A stretch of 63,931 nt of DNA, the filler included, from Choristocarpus tenellus KU-1152 (lineage: Eukaryota > Protista > Phaeophyceae): assembly GCA_964200185.2 (NCBI GenBank). It is 10 parts of 10 records of this genome, joined end to end, with 100 filler letters (N's around TTAATTAATTAA, not from the genome) between each part and the next. Parts side by side here need not be neighbours in the genome. Positions count along the whole stretch, not along the records: positions 1 to 7,000 come from CAXNAD020006892.1; positions 7,101 to 13,625 come from CAXNAD020007941.1; 8 more parts are not named here. One strand, 5' to 3'. Positions 1 through 13,114 of this stretch are shown here, in pieces. Position numbers and translations under genes: made by a program. Below the pieces are notes generated by a model, which made no database searches, had not been told where the DNA came from, and was given only the letters and a program-made list of their open reading frames with translations. Position 1 is the stretch's first letter. Each line of letters opens with the position of its first letter.

Positions 1-399
1 TCAACGGTTTGATCTTAACCCTACCTATATTCCCCATGGTCAACATGGGATGACAGCGTGACCCCCCAACGTTTATGAACAGCAATGACAGGGGCTTCAT
101 ATCGTTTTTTGTGAATGATCATTCTTGACAGGGGTTGGTGATAAAATATTGATTTTGTCATTTACTATTTACTATTTAGCCATCTCCAAAATTACAGAAA
201 ATGTACTTCTATATTTTTTATATTGGTGCACGCATCTCGTTTTTAATATGAAAGATGCGTTTTGGATAGTTTGTAACACATTAGAACTAGGGCAACAAGC
301 TGAAGATTAAAGATTTGCCCCAAATATTAGTTGCTGAATATGTATTTCAAATATATATATATATTGTACGGTCCTTGTACTACCATGTGACGATATGGT

Positions 400-700
400 T
401 ACGGAAAGTGCACCCCAGCATGGTACAGCTCTACTATGGTCCCAGTTTCTTCAAGAAGTGGACAGTATGGTCTTTGTGCATACTAAATTTCTGTCTGGAC
501 AGGAGGGTACAGCAGGGTGAATAGCAACCATGGTCACAATGTTACCGTTAGGGATCATCACGGTTCTACATTGTTTTTTGATGTCTCCAAGGTTGCCAAC
601 AATTGGTTGTAGATTTTCCAACACTAGGGTTGCAGTGTAGACCAACTGTGGACGTTTTTCCCAACCATCTCTGTAACTATGAAACAATTGCCCTTTTTTT
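400..700 (-). pseudogene. possible degraded hAT transposase C-terminal (dimerisation) region
   Basis: Translation MVAIHPAVPSCPDRNLVCTKTILSTS loosely resembles the hAT dimerisation motif LAIPASSxxSERxFSxAxxILSxxR; heavily decayed. Confidence 0.2.
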
Positions 701-750
701 TGTAATTGCGGTTGTAATATCTGTGTAAAACCCTGATTGTACGGTTTGTT

Positions 751-818
751 TCACTTAGTGTACGTGATCACTTAGTGTACATGATCACTTAGTGTACATG
801 ATCACTTAGTGTACATGA
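751..818. repeat. 17-bp tandem repeat x4 (TCACTTAGTGTACATGA)
   Basis: Directly visible. Confidence 0.9.
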
Positions 819-2099
819 AGTGAATAAGAGGCGAAGTCAGTTCAGGAGTAACTAAATAATTGGTCCACCGTATTTGTTTACTGGTGTGGTGCTTTGTTTC
901 TGTACAATGATAGTAATAATAATAACATAATCCGAAGTGGCTCTTTTTTGGAACAAATCAATTGACAATGTTACGACTCAGGGTGAACAAAGGTTGCAGG
1001 ACTTGGAAACGCTTAACAAAATATGATTGGTCCAAGAGTGGAATGAGTGTACCAATGAATGAATATCGAATTGTAGTAGTAGTTGGTGGTGAGGTAAGGC
1101 AATGGTGGCTGTGAGGGGTAAGGATAAGAGTACGGGGTCAGTGTAGAGTCAGGTGGCAGGTTGAGTAGAGTTATCATAGGTTGTGTTCCTGACTGACAGG
1201 GTTTGAGGATCATTTGTATGAAAATTTGTATTTATCAGCAGCTTGAGAAAGCTGAAAATTTATATGAAGAGAAGATACACGTGTATATTAGTATATGTAT
1301 ACTATTATATAGTGAATCTACATAGTTCGGTACATATTTTCTGGCCTCCAAAAGTGATAATAAGCCACCATTTATTATGAGAAGGTGCCTTGGTATCTCT
1401 AGAGTTGATTTTACTCTACTAGGTGTGCGGCAGGTGGTGGGTTACGTTTTAATTTTATTTTTATGACACTCTTGAACTGAGGGTGCAATCAGGGGCAATG
1501 ATTTTTTCATGCAATTGGTTCACAATCGGGACTGTGAATCAAAGTAATTTTGGTGTTATAGCTCCTCCCAAGTCTTTAAAGTCATGGGTTATGGCCTGAT
1601 GAATGGCAGAGAAGCCCATTTGGTTACCACGTACTACTTGGTATGTGTATGTGTATATGTGTGTATGTGTGTATATGTTTGAATTGCTTTTCTACGTTTG
1701 GAAGACAATATTGAAATTTAGCCTTTTGCAGTGCTCCACCTCTCATTGGGCCTTGACTCAATAGTGTGTACTACACAATGTTCTGGTTACACCGCTGCCC
1801 CTTAAACAATTTTGTCATGCATACGATCTTGAATATGCAATTTTTGGTGAAGTTTCCCAGAAATTGTGATTCCTATTTTCGAGAGGATGTGTGTAAGTGC
1901 GCTTATCCTCCCCTATACATGCATACCTAAGCAAAACACAAGTTGGTTTAACATGCCTCCACAGTATGTTTGAAGATCCTGAGCAACAATACTGGTTGGG
2001 GTTAGTGTTAGGGCTAGCGAGATACATCAGGGTGTGGATATGGGAAGTAATCTATGCTGTTGTAGGGGTGCCAAAATATTACCTATTGCACAGTTAAAT

Positions 2100-2210
2100 G
2101 AGTGTATCAATGCATATTATGTATGACACAGGAGAAGAGTATATCAATGCATATTAAGTATGACACAGGAGAAGAGTGTATCAATGCATATTAAGAATGA
2201 CACAGGAGAA
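2100..2210. repeat. 37-bp tandem repeat x3 (GAGTGTATCAATGCATATTAWGWATGACACAGGAGAA)
   Basis: Directly visible; units start at 2100, 2137, 2174. Confidence 0.9.
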
Positions 2211-3599
2211 GACACATTGCAGTGGACATTGCTCTTGCTACTGTTTTCCCATTGGGTGTATTTCTCTGTGTAGCTCCACCTTACATGTAGTGGAACCCTG
2301 TTGCTGCTTTGGGAACAAAAGATGGTACCTATGACTGGGAAAATCTAACTGTAACGTTGGATGTTTTGTTTTGTGGCAATAACATGATGGTTGCCAGCAT
2401 TGTTTAAGAAAAAAATCGGTTTGTTGCATTGGATTTGCCTTTAGCCACATCTGTCATTCAATGCTTAAGGTTTTTATTCTTTTTTATGGAAGGTTTCACT
2501 CAGATAAGGGCGACAATGAGATTTACCAGGCTGGATATGAACCTAGACGGACCAGGATGGACTGTATCTTTGTGGTTGGGGTAAGGTTTGTCAAGAACTG
2601 GTGTGGATGAGACCCGAACCTGTTGACCCGAACCTGTTGTCAAGGGGTAGGCGTGAGTCGTGAGGGCAGGATGGAAAAGGTGGACTGATAGAGTCTTTGG
2701 ATGGAGGGAACTCCCAAGGGAAGGACCTCACAAGGATTGATTACGACTTTTTGATTTCAAAATTTCAAGGGGACAGTACGGTTGAAGAATTGATGTTGGT
2801 CAAAGTACTAGACGGTATAATGTGGCCATGCAGTTGGTATACTTTATCTTACAGATGTCAAGGGTTCAACCCCTATCTCATGAAGTGTCAAGAAAGCTCT
2901 ACTAAGCTCTACCTAAATGATGTATGGTGTCACTCGTCTGAAGGTGAACTTACACCTTGTGTAGGCAAGTGTCTAACTGGGCTTGGTGGTATTTCATGGT
3001 CAAAAATGAAGACTGCAATGCATGAATGAAAGACACACAGTGTTACATAATAGCCACATGACATAGAAGAGTATGCGTGCCTGTCTCGTAAGGGGTGGAT
3101 CTCTTCACCGCTGCATGTGTGAACAAAAGATATTTGAATGCAACAATAGTAATTGCTGTGCTCAGCACCACTTCAAACAAGCAGACAGTCTGTGGGGTAG
3201 GCTATTAATGGTTTTCAATATCTTTTGTTGGGATCTTGAAAAATGATCTGTGATGAGGGCTCCCTGAACATATCAGTGAGATATGATATATTCTACCTAT
3301 TCTATGCTGCCTGATACAAATCCGTGAGAAACGTCCTCCTGATGTAGAATTTTTTTTTTCTGGCTCACAAACTGCTTGAACTGATGTGGAACTGATGTGG
3401 AACAGATGTGGAACAGGGGCGGAGTATTTTTCTTTCGTCTAAACATGCAACATATTGGATGTACAGGCTATGTAAGTATTGTGATGCTTCGAAAACACGA
3501 GACCTTACAGCGAAGGCTAGTTTTGAACAAACAGGATTGAACACAAGATCATTTCGGTATCATACACAGTAGGCTGCAATGGTTGGTAGTGACAAAATT

Positions 3600-6500
3600 G
3601 TTCTGCTCTTCTAACAAGATAGGCAAGCTATTTGAAGGAGGATGGTACTCTATATGAGGTCAGGAGTTAGAGCTGGTTGTGATCAGGGTTGATTGAGACC
3701 TTCACTTTTTTTCTGATCAAGTTGTCCACTTCAACGCTCAATATGTTTTCATTGTGTATGACAATAGGAGATATAGATCCTATGTAAAGGACAGATCCAT
3801 TCCTTGGTAAAGGTTTCTTGAGTCAAGTCTGCCTCTCTAGACAGTTCAACCACAATAACTGATCTGTGATGTCTTGTAAGGACTCCACCCCATGCTGGGG
3901 CTTACAGCTCTGATTTTGTTGAAGGAATGAGCATAGGTTGTGTCAAGGACCACATATGCTCCAAACACCAAATAATGCAAACGCCTCAGCTATGTTGGGA
4001 AACCCTCCATGCTGTATCTACAGCTCATGGCCATGGTAGTGTGGAGCATTTTTTGCAGTATCAAGTCAATTTTTTGCTCGATAGGCTTGAGTCCTTTCAC
4101 AGCAAAGTGAATTTTGCTCTACTCTTTTCATGAAGATCTCAAGGGAGCCCATAGCCACAAGGATACAGTGATATATCAAGAGCCACAGCTATCTCCAGCA
4201 ATATTGTCAATAGTGTAATGGCAATGGCTGGTTGAGGGACGTGGTGGTGTATGTCAGGCAATGGTAGCGAATTTTCCAAAATCAAATAATCCAGCTCATT
4301 CAAGTGTGATGTGGGAGTTTAGGTCTGTGGGTAGTAAACGCCCATTCTATCCAAATGAATGAGAAGCAAAAAATGGTCAAAGTGTAACGCCCCTATAAAT
4401 ACATATATATATATATATATATATATATGAATTATGTTTGATTTATTCAAATATACTTTCATAAAATCCCAAGGGGGAAGCAATTTGGGGTTTGGACCGT
4501 CATGTAGTGTATAGATGAACACCTTGCCAACCGCCATGGAAGCAAGAAACATCAAATGTTGGTTGGCATGTTAGTGACTCTCTGTGCACTCACTATGATT
4601 CACTATGATTCAAACAAGCAAACTGATACACAAGGTTTAAATCACTTTGGTTTGTTGTCTGACCTCTTGAGCAGTATCATCTGGGTCAGCCTGGGTGTAC
4701 CAAGAATTATGTAGATGGGTAGATTAGCTTGCCTTATAAAGTGTGGGAGAGATGAAATTTTGTGCAATTTCGCTCTCAATGCCGTGTTTTGGGCAAAGTG
4801 GATGAATGGAATTAACCATCCCCAGTACATTGCTAGTGTAGAGTGCAACGTATGATGTATGATGTTCAACACAGGATTGCCCTGAGGATATGCCATGGTA
4901 ATGGTTTTGATATGGCTGATCATGGAATGCAACATATTTCAAAATTGAAGATGTGTTTCACAAACAGGCAAGCTAGTGTTGTGGCCTTTTTGTTTTGGAA
5001 CACAGTGCAGCACGAGAGCGAGGCTATCAATGACAGATAAGACCTGCAAGCACACGCAGCATTTGGTGCTGAGGAGTGTGTTCTGTACTCTACCAAATCA
5101 ACTATGACATCAACAATATGAGCATGCAAACAAAAGGTTTTGATTTTAAGCAGTCTTTCTCATTTACTGCTGCTGATGATGATGGAAGTATGCAATAGCA
5201 TTGAAATTGAATGTTGCTGATACAAGGCTTACCAACTTGTTAAACATCGGGTAAAACCTACTCCAGAGTAGTTGGCCTCAAGAGAGTGCATGGTCATGGC
5301 AATAGCAATAGTGGAGTAGAGGATTACCTAACAAGAAAATATTGATGTATTTTTAGAGGTGCTCCTCTCAATATTGTAAATGGGAACCTTACAATTGACC
5401 AGTATGAAGGATAAAAACAACATAGATGTGATTATTAACCTATAGATATTGTTAACTTATGGGTTGCGCAGAGACTAGGGCAAACACCAATACCTGATGC
5501 ATGGATTCCTCCTCCTTTCACAGTTGTTTTGTGTCAATGGTAGTAAATTTGGTGGAGGTAGAGAATGAATCACAATATCTTTGAATGGGAGGTCTTGGTC
5601 AGGGTTTGAAGTGGGTAGCTCAAATTGTAATTGGGTGTGTGTGATATGTGAATGATTACTACAAGAGACATTACGGAAGAGGGGTGCCAGGATTGGCACA
5701 ACATCATTTTCTTTTTCTTCTAACTTGAGAATGCAGTATAGGGCATCGGACACCGCATTTAGCTGAATGGGCTTATGTTTGAAAGTGAAATCGTAAGGTA
5801 GGAGGGCAATAGCGCACCGAGCAGGCATTTTGTAAGTGTCCTGCGTTCAGAGTTAAGTGATGTAACAGCACTAAGTGATGTAACAGCCCTAAGTGATGTA
5901 ATAACGTTAAGTAATGTAACAACACTAAGTGATGTAATAACATTAGATAATGTAACAACACTAAGTGATGTAATAACGTTAAGTAATGTAACAACACTAA
6001 GTGATGTAATAGCATTAAGTAATGTAACAACACTGAGTGATGTAATAACATTAAATAATGTAACAACACTAAGTGGTGTAATAACGTTAAGTAATGTAAC
6101 AACACTAAGTGATGTAATAACGTTAAGTAATGTAACAACACTAAGTGATGTAACAACGTTAAGTGTTCTAACACAGTGTGATCCGCAATGTCTACTCCAC
6201 AGGTACAGGTGCTGATGAGTGACAGCAGTAGTGCGTGCATAGTACTTTACCAATGTAAATGAATAGCTCGACTGATTGCACAACCCTCTTCTTGACTCTT
6301 GATCAAGTCTTCCGCTGTACTCTCCTGGTCGTGTTAGAATCTTGCAATCACAGTTCAGTTTTTCTTTTTTTGTGGGGTGATTTTGCGATACACAGGAGGG
6401 TGCAGGTACACCTTTACTTCGTGCTTGTGATGTGCTACATTGAAACCAGATTTCCTTCAATAAGAAAGTCTAACCTTCACTCAGTTCAAACCAGCACATT

Positions 6501-6930
6501 TGGACCAGGGAAGCTGATAGACTGCATGTGTATGGGAGCTTTGAGGACGCTCTCGATGTGATGTAGCATCCTGTGAGGGCCAAAAACAGTTTTTCGGTAT
6601 TTCAGCAGGGATTTATGTTGATTGGCCCACCATCTGTATGTTGGATCTAATGTTTTACCCTTCCAAGTAGTTTGACTTGAGGCAACACTGATACGACTTC
6701 ACGGTTTCTCAGGTTCATGATGCTAGGTGTGGGATGTGTAGGTGACCCCACTAAAACTGATCAAGGGAGGGTCTGGCAGCAGTTGTGTAATGTACAATGC
6801 TCTTATCACCGACTAGTATCCTATGCTGCCTGTGCAACCAAACAGACACAGGGTCAAAATTATATCGTGCACTCACCACATACCATGCAGCAGGGGGAGA
6901 ACTTGGGATGGGTACCTGCAATGCTGAACC
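3600..6930 (-). mobile_element. degenerate Ty3/Gypsy LTR-retrotransposon pol remnant (RNase H then integrase)
   Basis: RNase H end motif ARCAIALLPYDFTFKHKPIQLNAVSDAL (5828-5740) matches ARWALxLQxYDFxIxHRPGxxNxVADAL; YLWSR/DH motif near 6170-6210; integrase-like AYPQGN..HHTLHSTLAMY..FAQNTA (4900-4780); RNase H before integrase is the Gypsy order; many stops and frameshifts; boundaries approximate. Confidence 0.8.
5854..6163. repeat. minisatellite, 36-bp unit built of two related 18-mers (AGTGATGTAATAACGTTA AGTAATGTAACAACACTA), about 8-9 units
   Basis: Directly visible; produces the spurious LLHHL and VTLLNV ORFs. Confidence 0.95.
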
Positions 6931-6935
6931 TCTTG

Positions 6936-7000
6936 GGGTCAAAGTATCTGGGGGGTTGTTTGTGAGGGGGCGTCCGTTTCGGTCAAACAACTCTTATTTT
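6936..7000. mobile_element. MITE subfamily B, partial (cut by contig end)
   Basis: GGGTCAAAGTATCTGGGGGG terminus; interior matches reverse complement of 33790-33854. Confidence 0.75.
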
Positions 7001-7100
7001 NNNNNNNNNNNNNNNNNNNNNNNNNNNNNNNNNNNNNNNNNNNNTTAATTAATTAANNNNNNNNNNNNNNNNNNNNNNNNNNNNNNNNNNNNNNNNNNNN
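7001..7100. other. artificial contig linker (N44-TTAATTAATTAA-N44)
   Basis: Fixed 100-bp spacer with stops in all six frames. Confidence 0.98.
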
Positions 7101-8220
7101 CCTCCTTTATCACCCCCCCCCCCTCCCCCTCTTCTAATCCTCCCATATTCACCTCCTCCATACAAACCCTCTCATCCAACACAGGGATGCAGGGAAGACA
7201 AGAGGCTAGACCCAACTCTCTACCTAGATTAAAATCAGGCTCAAGCTCCAAGCCAGGCTCCAGGTGCAAGCTTTGGTCCAGGCCTTGCGTAGCCTCTCCC
7301 ACATACTCAACCAAGCCCTCTCCTCCTCCCTCTTCCTTGTCCCCTTCTGCCACCTCCACCTCCCCATTGCTTAAATGAACTGGCTCAGTGAGTGATGGTT
7401 CCATATTTACATTTACAAACACAGTCCCTGGCACAACCGCTGATGCCACAGGAGTATCCATTTCTCTATGAATGGGAGACGTAGGAAATGTGTCACAACT
7501 GCCCTCCGTGCAATGACTGCTCCCATCACTAGCCAAACCATCGCCTTGATCATTGCTGCGAGGGATGATAGCCCTCAGTGGATCTACCCCAGTATTTTCA
7601 CCCACCTCGAACCCCTCTTGCTCCTCATCTTCAACTACTTGCGCACCACCCACATTGCTAAAGGGGTTCATGTCATCATCTTCTGCAGGATTGGCATGAG
7701 TGTTGCTCTGCATTGTAGCCTGGCAAGTTTCATTCTTTATGTCGCGCAATAATTTCTTTACCCTCCTCTTATTGACAGTCCAGTCCTGAAGGTTGGGAGG
7801 ACACGAAATAATGCACACGCAAAGGAACAATTTATCAGTAAGTGGGAGAATCTTGTTGAGCGAAGTAACGGGTCTTTTCGAACGCCAATTCGACTGCGGT
7901 CTGCAATACACCTTGCATGTTACAACAGTTGCTGTTTAATAGAGTTTCTTGCCTGTAATACAGCACTGCGAGGATTTCGTCGCCTGGAATGGGCAGAGTT
8001 AGCACAACACAAAGAACTGCAGTGAGGAGTACACACAGAGGAATACACAGAGGTTCGATTTTTGCATCCCGAACACATGCCTTGGGAAACCACGTACCGG
8101 CCGATTCTTTCGCAATCCGGCCATCACTTTAGAAGGGCTCATGCCAGGGTGGGGGCGTGTCACTTCTTGGATAGCGCTCCTCAGGATATTGTCGGCAGGG
8201 GTGATGCTGCTGGAAGACAT
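7101..8220 (-). CDS. hypothetical protein, 5' part (exons 8220-8098 and 7785-<7101); N-terminal HTH-like domain then acidic low-complexity region
   Basis: ATG at 8220 (CAAC-ATG context, in-frame upstream stop); GTACGT..CTTCAG intron 8097-7786 joins LRSAIQEVTRPHPGMSPSKVMAGLRKNRP to DWTVNKRRVKKLLRDIK in frame; ORF stays open to contig end. Confidence 0.7.
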
Positions 8221-9129
8221 GTTGATGTACCGTGTGGGGTGGAATACTTAGACGGCGGCCAGGTCAGGCCAATCCAGACACCAAGGTACAACGTTTGATT
8301 GAGTAACTTGAGCTTGGGCTCTTCTTTGTGCTGAAAGATCTCCGTGAGCGTACTCTGAGAAGGGGGTGGAGACAAAAGGGGCGGTGGTGTGAATAGATTA
8401 TTCGGCGGAACGACTTCCCCAGACATGCCAACCGTCACTTGCGTCAATAGATGCTCAGGGATAGAGGACACAGTACAGAATTGAGAGAGACTTTTAAATT
8501 AGATAGTGCAAGAACTGTATACCAATCGGGGTGTCGCATTGCCAACTACTTTCTGATGTGTATAGCCCAGCTCCATGTGGCAACTCCCCATGCCCTTTGC
8601 AATCCAAATGTCTAGAACAATGTCAACGGTACCAACAGGTCAATTGATACCTAACTCAACACAGACTTGGCTAATCCCTCACCCGTAAGGAAGGGGGTGT
8701 CCTAGTAAGCCGTGAATCGTACCTGTTGTGATCGCGAATTTGTCGTGTGAAATCTCGATCTGTTCACGCCTTTACTTCATCTCCTTTCCAATGACGTAAC
8801 GGCCAGCTAGCCCTAACCCTGCTTGTTGCGGATGGTTTGTTGTTGGGTACTTATTATACGTGATGACGCACGATTGTCATTGATTATGGGTGAGTGTCAC
8901 TCCTGGCCAATTCAGTTGGACGTATCTTCAAATTCCAACAAAAGACTCGTCTTCACAGAAATATATCTCTTGATTGCTTAGTAAGTAGTCCACGTGGCAG
9001 AACTGCTGATTGAAAACCGATGTTTTTTATTATAGACATACATCTTCAAAATATTAGTGTCATAATATATTCTCAATAATAATAATTGTTAATTTGGAGG
9101 TGCAAGAGGAAACACTCACACACGCACAT

Positions 9130-9582
9130 ATATATTACGCCCATTTTGTATATTTGTCAGTGAAAAAGCCAAGTCAATATAATCAGAACCCCACAAAAAG
9201 TTGCAGTTATCGTAAATGTGAAAGAGATCCTTCAAATAATCTACATATATATTTGACTACTAGCTATTCCACACCACGCCCCTGTTAAGCCTCCAAACTA
9301 GCTTAGCCCTACAACACAGGGCGAGGAGCTAGAGAATCATCCCAAGAATCTGACAGGCCCCTCTTTGGCTATCTCCCTAGTGTCTACCTTAAAACGCATA
9401 ACGCACGTCTTGATAGAGCCACTTGTGTTGTGACAGACACTATCTATCTGTCGTAAACGGGATTTGACAGCTCCTTTTCTGGTGTAGCCTTCCACCCCTC
9501 TCCCCCCTACTACTGCATGCGTAGCCAACTTATTATCCAGAAAACTCTGCTTGCTTGCCGAGTCGCCCAAAAATTTCCACCA
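9130..9582 (-). mobile_element. 5'-truncated copy of RLE-type (CRE-like) non-LTR retrotransposon (ORF end plus 3' UTR)
   Basis: Encodes VEIFGRLGKQA..FLDNKLATHAVVGG..KGAVKSRLRQI; aligns to reverse complement of about 12600-13090. Confidence 0.75.
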
Positions 9583-9584
9583 TA

Positions 9585-9625
9585 TATCATCATATTATGT
9601 TCCCTCTGACATTTTGGAGATTGAT
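9585..9625 (-). repeat. 3'-terminal motif of the CRE-like family (CAAAATGTCAGAGGG plus TAA/ATA-rich tail)
   Basis: Same motif as 13062-13090, 23800-23855, 27810-27850, 28490-28520. Confidence 0.6.
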
Positions 9626-9959
9626 GCTCATACTACTAACTTACGTGATATTGCAACTACCTCTTCCACTACAACAAATTGTAATCCATCCATTCATACA
9701 CACATATTACCCCTCTACATGTTCATCGAATCTCCACATCATACATGTTGTCTCGAAATTCTTACTGGCAGATTCTTGGTTAACATATCTGCCCTCTGGT
9801 TTTTAGTACCAACAAAAAAACAACGTGAATCTCTCCTTTTCTAGCGAAGTCCCTCATAAAATGGTTCCTAAAATCAATGTGTGTTGTTCTAGTAGAGCTT
9901 GGGGTATTTCGTACTAGTTTGCATGTATCATCCTTATCCTCAAACATGTCAATTCGACG

Positions 9960-11170
9960 TCTAGGGAACCGTGAATAAACTCAAAAACACTTTGCAAGAA
10001 AGCAATTCCTGTGCGACACTGCTAATAGTGGCTATATACTAACTCTCCGTTGAAGACAGAGCTACAACCTTTTGGACTTTCGACATCCAGGATATTGCTC
10101 CTCCAGCAAACGTTATGGCTCTTCCATTCACTGATCTACGATCATTGCAATCTCCAGCATAGCTAGCATCACCATATGCACTCAACTCACATACAATATC
10201 AAACCACAAAAATCATTTCAAATACTTGGACACATATTCAAATATGCTAAAGTACACTATAAACTCCACACCGACGTACAACTTTTGAATTGCTACTATA
10301 CTTGGCAACCTCACGAACTGCATTGGCATTATCTAGCCTGATCATGACAGCTGCCCACATCAAACTACCAACTGCCTCTCTGTACGGAATATTTTCATCA
10401 ACACTAGGATGATCCTCATTCTCGTCTAAAGTCCTTGAGAGATCATGGGGTACAGCCCTTTTCTTTGCCCCATCCATACCAAATCTTTGACAATGTACCT
10501 AATGTACTTAGTCTTGACAAATGCTAACTGTCTTCTCAATTCTGTCACTCGAAATCTCGCAACCCATATAGTACTTAAGATCACCAAAAGGGTCTAAGTA
10601 TCTGGTGGGGTGAGCGGCTGTCCATTCGGGGCCCATTGTTCCATGTCGTAATTTTTAGGTGATTTGATTGCATGTGTCGGATGGATGATGTATGTGCAAT
10701 TTTTCTGGTCAGGGCCCGCATGGACAGCCTGATGTAGACCCCCCACCCCCCACCCAGATACTTCGAAATAATTCTTCCATCGAAAACTGCTCCTTGATCC
10801 TGGAGCGAACCCAAATCAAAACATCAGGTATTCCTGCCACCATGGGATCATGAACATGAGGGGCAAGTACAGCACAAACAACACCCTTTCTTACATAGTG
10901 TAACTCACAGGGATCTACTCTGCATTACTCAAACCACATTGTTCCAAAACGTGAACCAACAAATTGATGAAGTCCCTGCTAGCCTGATTGTAGCCATAAA
11001 GAGCTTTCACTAAACGCACAATCTTTCCTGACCACAAAATACATCCATCACATAAGCGAAAATAAATTTCCTCTCTGAATTCTGCTCTAATATAATTTTG
11101 CTGCACATCTCAATGCATGGATCCTTGTCTGTAACTATTGTCAAAACCATTCTTAAACATACAGGAGCTT
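9960..11170 (-). mobile_element. degenerate Ty1/Copia RT-RNase H remnant
   Basis: EEIYFRL..KIVRLVKALYGYNQASR (RT), PYREAVGSLMWAAVMIRLD.ANAVREVAKY (late RT), AYGDASYAGDCNDRRSVNG..GGAISWMSKVQKVVALSSTE (RNase H); interrupted by a MITE. Confidence 0.9.
10590..10769. mobile_element. MITE subfamily A inserted in Copia remnant
   Basis: GGGTCTAAGTATCTGG..CCCAGATACTTCGA termini; interior is the reverse complement of 27326-27502. Confidence 0.75.
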
Positions 11171-11439
11171 AAGCGTGTTGAATAGCTTTGCACAGGAAAG
11201 GCGCGTCGCCAGAAGGTGCTGATGGGTTACATGGTGAATATACACTGTTAATTAATTATCCGTTGGGCCTTTGTCTTAGCCATACATTTATGTCTGACGT
11301 ACGGACAAAGACTGACTCATCATACCGTTATGTACATTACTACTCTGTAACGTACCGAACAAAAGATAAACGTACACAAAACTGTCTTATGTGCTTCTAC
11401 TAGCAAACACAAAATAAGTAAGATAACACTAGTTATTCC

Positions 11440-13090
11440 AGACACACTCCCCCATGGAACAAGCAGACAACACCTTACTGTGGAAGCTAGAGAAGATCAT
11501 GGAGGTAGCAAACTTAGCTGGAGTCACCGACTTCTTCGATGGGGGGTATGAAAATGGGCCTCTTCGTCTGGAAACATACCAACAAGTACAGGCACAGATG
11601 CCCACAAGTTCAGGGGTTTTTTGCCTATCCTCCATGAATATCGCCAGCATGCAGCCTTTGTAGGATCACTGGTGGCCACTCTCCCCACCCTTCTATCAAG
11701 ACAACAAGGGTCCCATAGAGAGGGTTTCTCACAAGCCATCTGTACGAGCCCCACGGTTCAGGCCCTGGGATCATCCATCCACACCCTCTCCTCTCAGCAG
11801 ATGTCCCTTCAGAAGACTTAGCGGGGATTATTGGTCAAGACTGGGTAGCCTGAGGAGAAACTACAACCCCTACCCCTGTCCTAGAGGTCCACACTCTAGC
11901 GGCCCACGACGCCAGGATCACAAGGAGGGTACAACATGACATCACCCACCTTCTGAACAGGATCCGTTCTGACTCTTTTTGGATGCAATTGGCCAACCTC
12001 CCAGACGATACAGGATAGGGGAGGGAAAATGATTTGCTAGCCCTGGCCCGCCACTGGATCCATTGTGGATAAGAGGTAAATGCATGGGCCTCCACACAAC
12101 CCCTGGAACCAGCACACCAGATCCCTCCCATCGAATTTACACTCACTACCAGCAGATCCCTATGGAGGGAGGAGGAGTTATCCAAAAGGTGCCAGTGACC
12201 GGGTGCAGGAGGCATAATGTCAACACCTGACATGCTCGTTCCTTCCCTAGGGTAGGGGGAGAGGCACGCCAGCACACACCGATGCTTAAGGGTCTAGGTC
12301 AAGTCTGTAAGGGAATGGACCCCCCCTGCACAATAGAGGATGATAGCCATTCAAAGTGGACAAAAAATTCTGCGTGGGTGTGATCTTCCATGCTGGGGCA
12401 CTTTCGGACTCTGGATCAGCTCCCTACCAGGACAAAGTCCTCCTCCTGGATGTTGCGTTTGTACAAGTGTAAGCAGCATTCCATCTACCACACTCATCCA
12501 CCAGCAATTGTATAGGTGCCGCTGCAGCTGAGGAGCAAAAGCGCACCTACTACGAGGATTATTTTGACCCTCGTAGTCTTAATCTCAGCAACTTAGCACT
12601 GAAAGGTTTTGGGTGCCTTAGTATGCAAGCAGAGAGTTTTTCTGGATTGGTTGGCTACATATACAATAGGGGAGAGTGGGGCAAGGGAATATAGCAGGAA
12701 AGGGGTTATCAATTTCTACACTTGCGGCAGATAGTGTCTGTCACTACAAAAGTAGCCCTCTCGAGACGTGTCATGTGTTTCAGGCTGGAGACACCAGGCA
12801 GATAGGCAAGGAGGGGCCTGTCAGATTATTAGGATGCTTCCCTTGCTCCTCGCCCAGTTGTGTAGGGCTAAGCTAGGTTAGAGGCATAGCAGCAGTATTG
12901 TACACGTAGTATTTAATTTGCAACCTTTAAGGGAGTGTTTGTAGTAGTGCTGGTATTCAAACGATAAATGTAATTTTGAGACATATCGTTCGCATTTACA
13001 ACAACTGTTACTTTTACAGGGGTGCTTGTGATATTGGTTTGTTTTTTTCCCTCACACACTTCCAAAATGTCAGAGGGGATATTAATATAA
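11440..13090 (+). mobile_element. degenerate RLE-type (CRE-like) non-LTR retrotransposon, 3' half (RT thumb, zinc knuckle, restriction-like endonuclease, 3' UTR)
   Basis: QQVQAQMPTSSGVFCLSS..HAAFVGSL (thumb, cf. QAxLPxxxGGLGL..AAFVGS); endonuclease-like VIFHAGALSDS..KVLLLDVAFV..AAAAEEQKRTYYE.FDPRS..LALKGFGCL; C-terminal LRQIVSVTTKVALSRRV; frameshifted. Confidence 0.75.
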
Positions 13091-13114
13091 CGTTTACATA
13101 ATAGTCAACGTTAT

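Noticed and set aside
5759-6460. 233-aa and 155-aa repetitive ORFs as novel His/Leu-rich proteins
   Set aside because: They arise from a stop-free minisatellite inside a decayed retrotransposon.
9130-13090. Inverted repeats flanking the Copia remnant as TIRs of a composite element
   Set aside because: Both arms translate to the C-terminus of the same non-LTR retrotransposon and differ in length; independent insertions in opposite orientation explain them.
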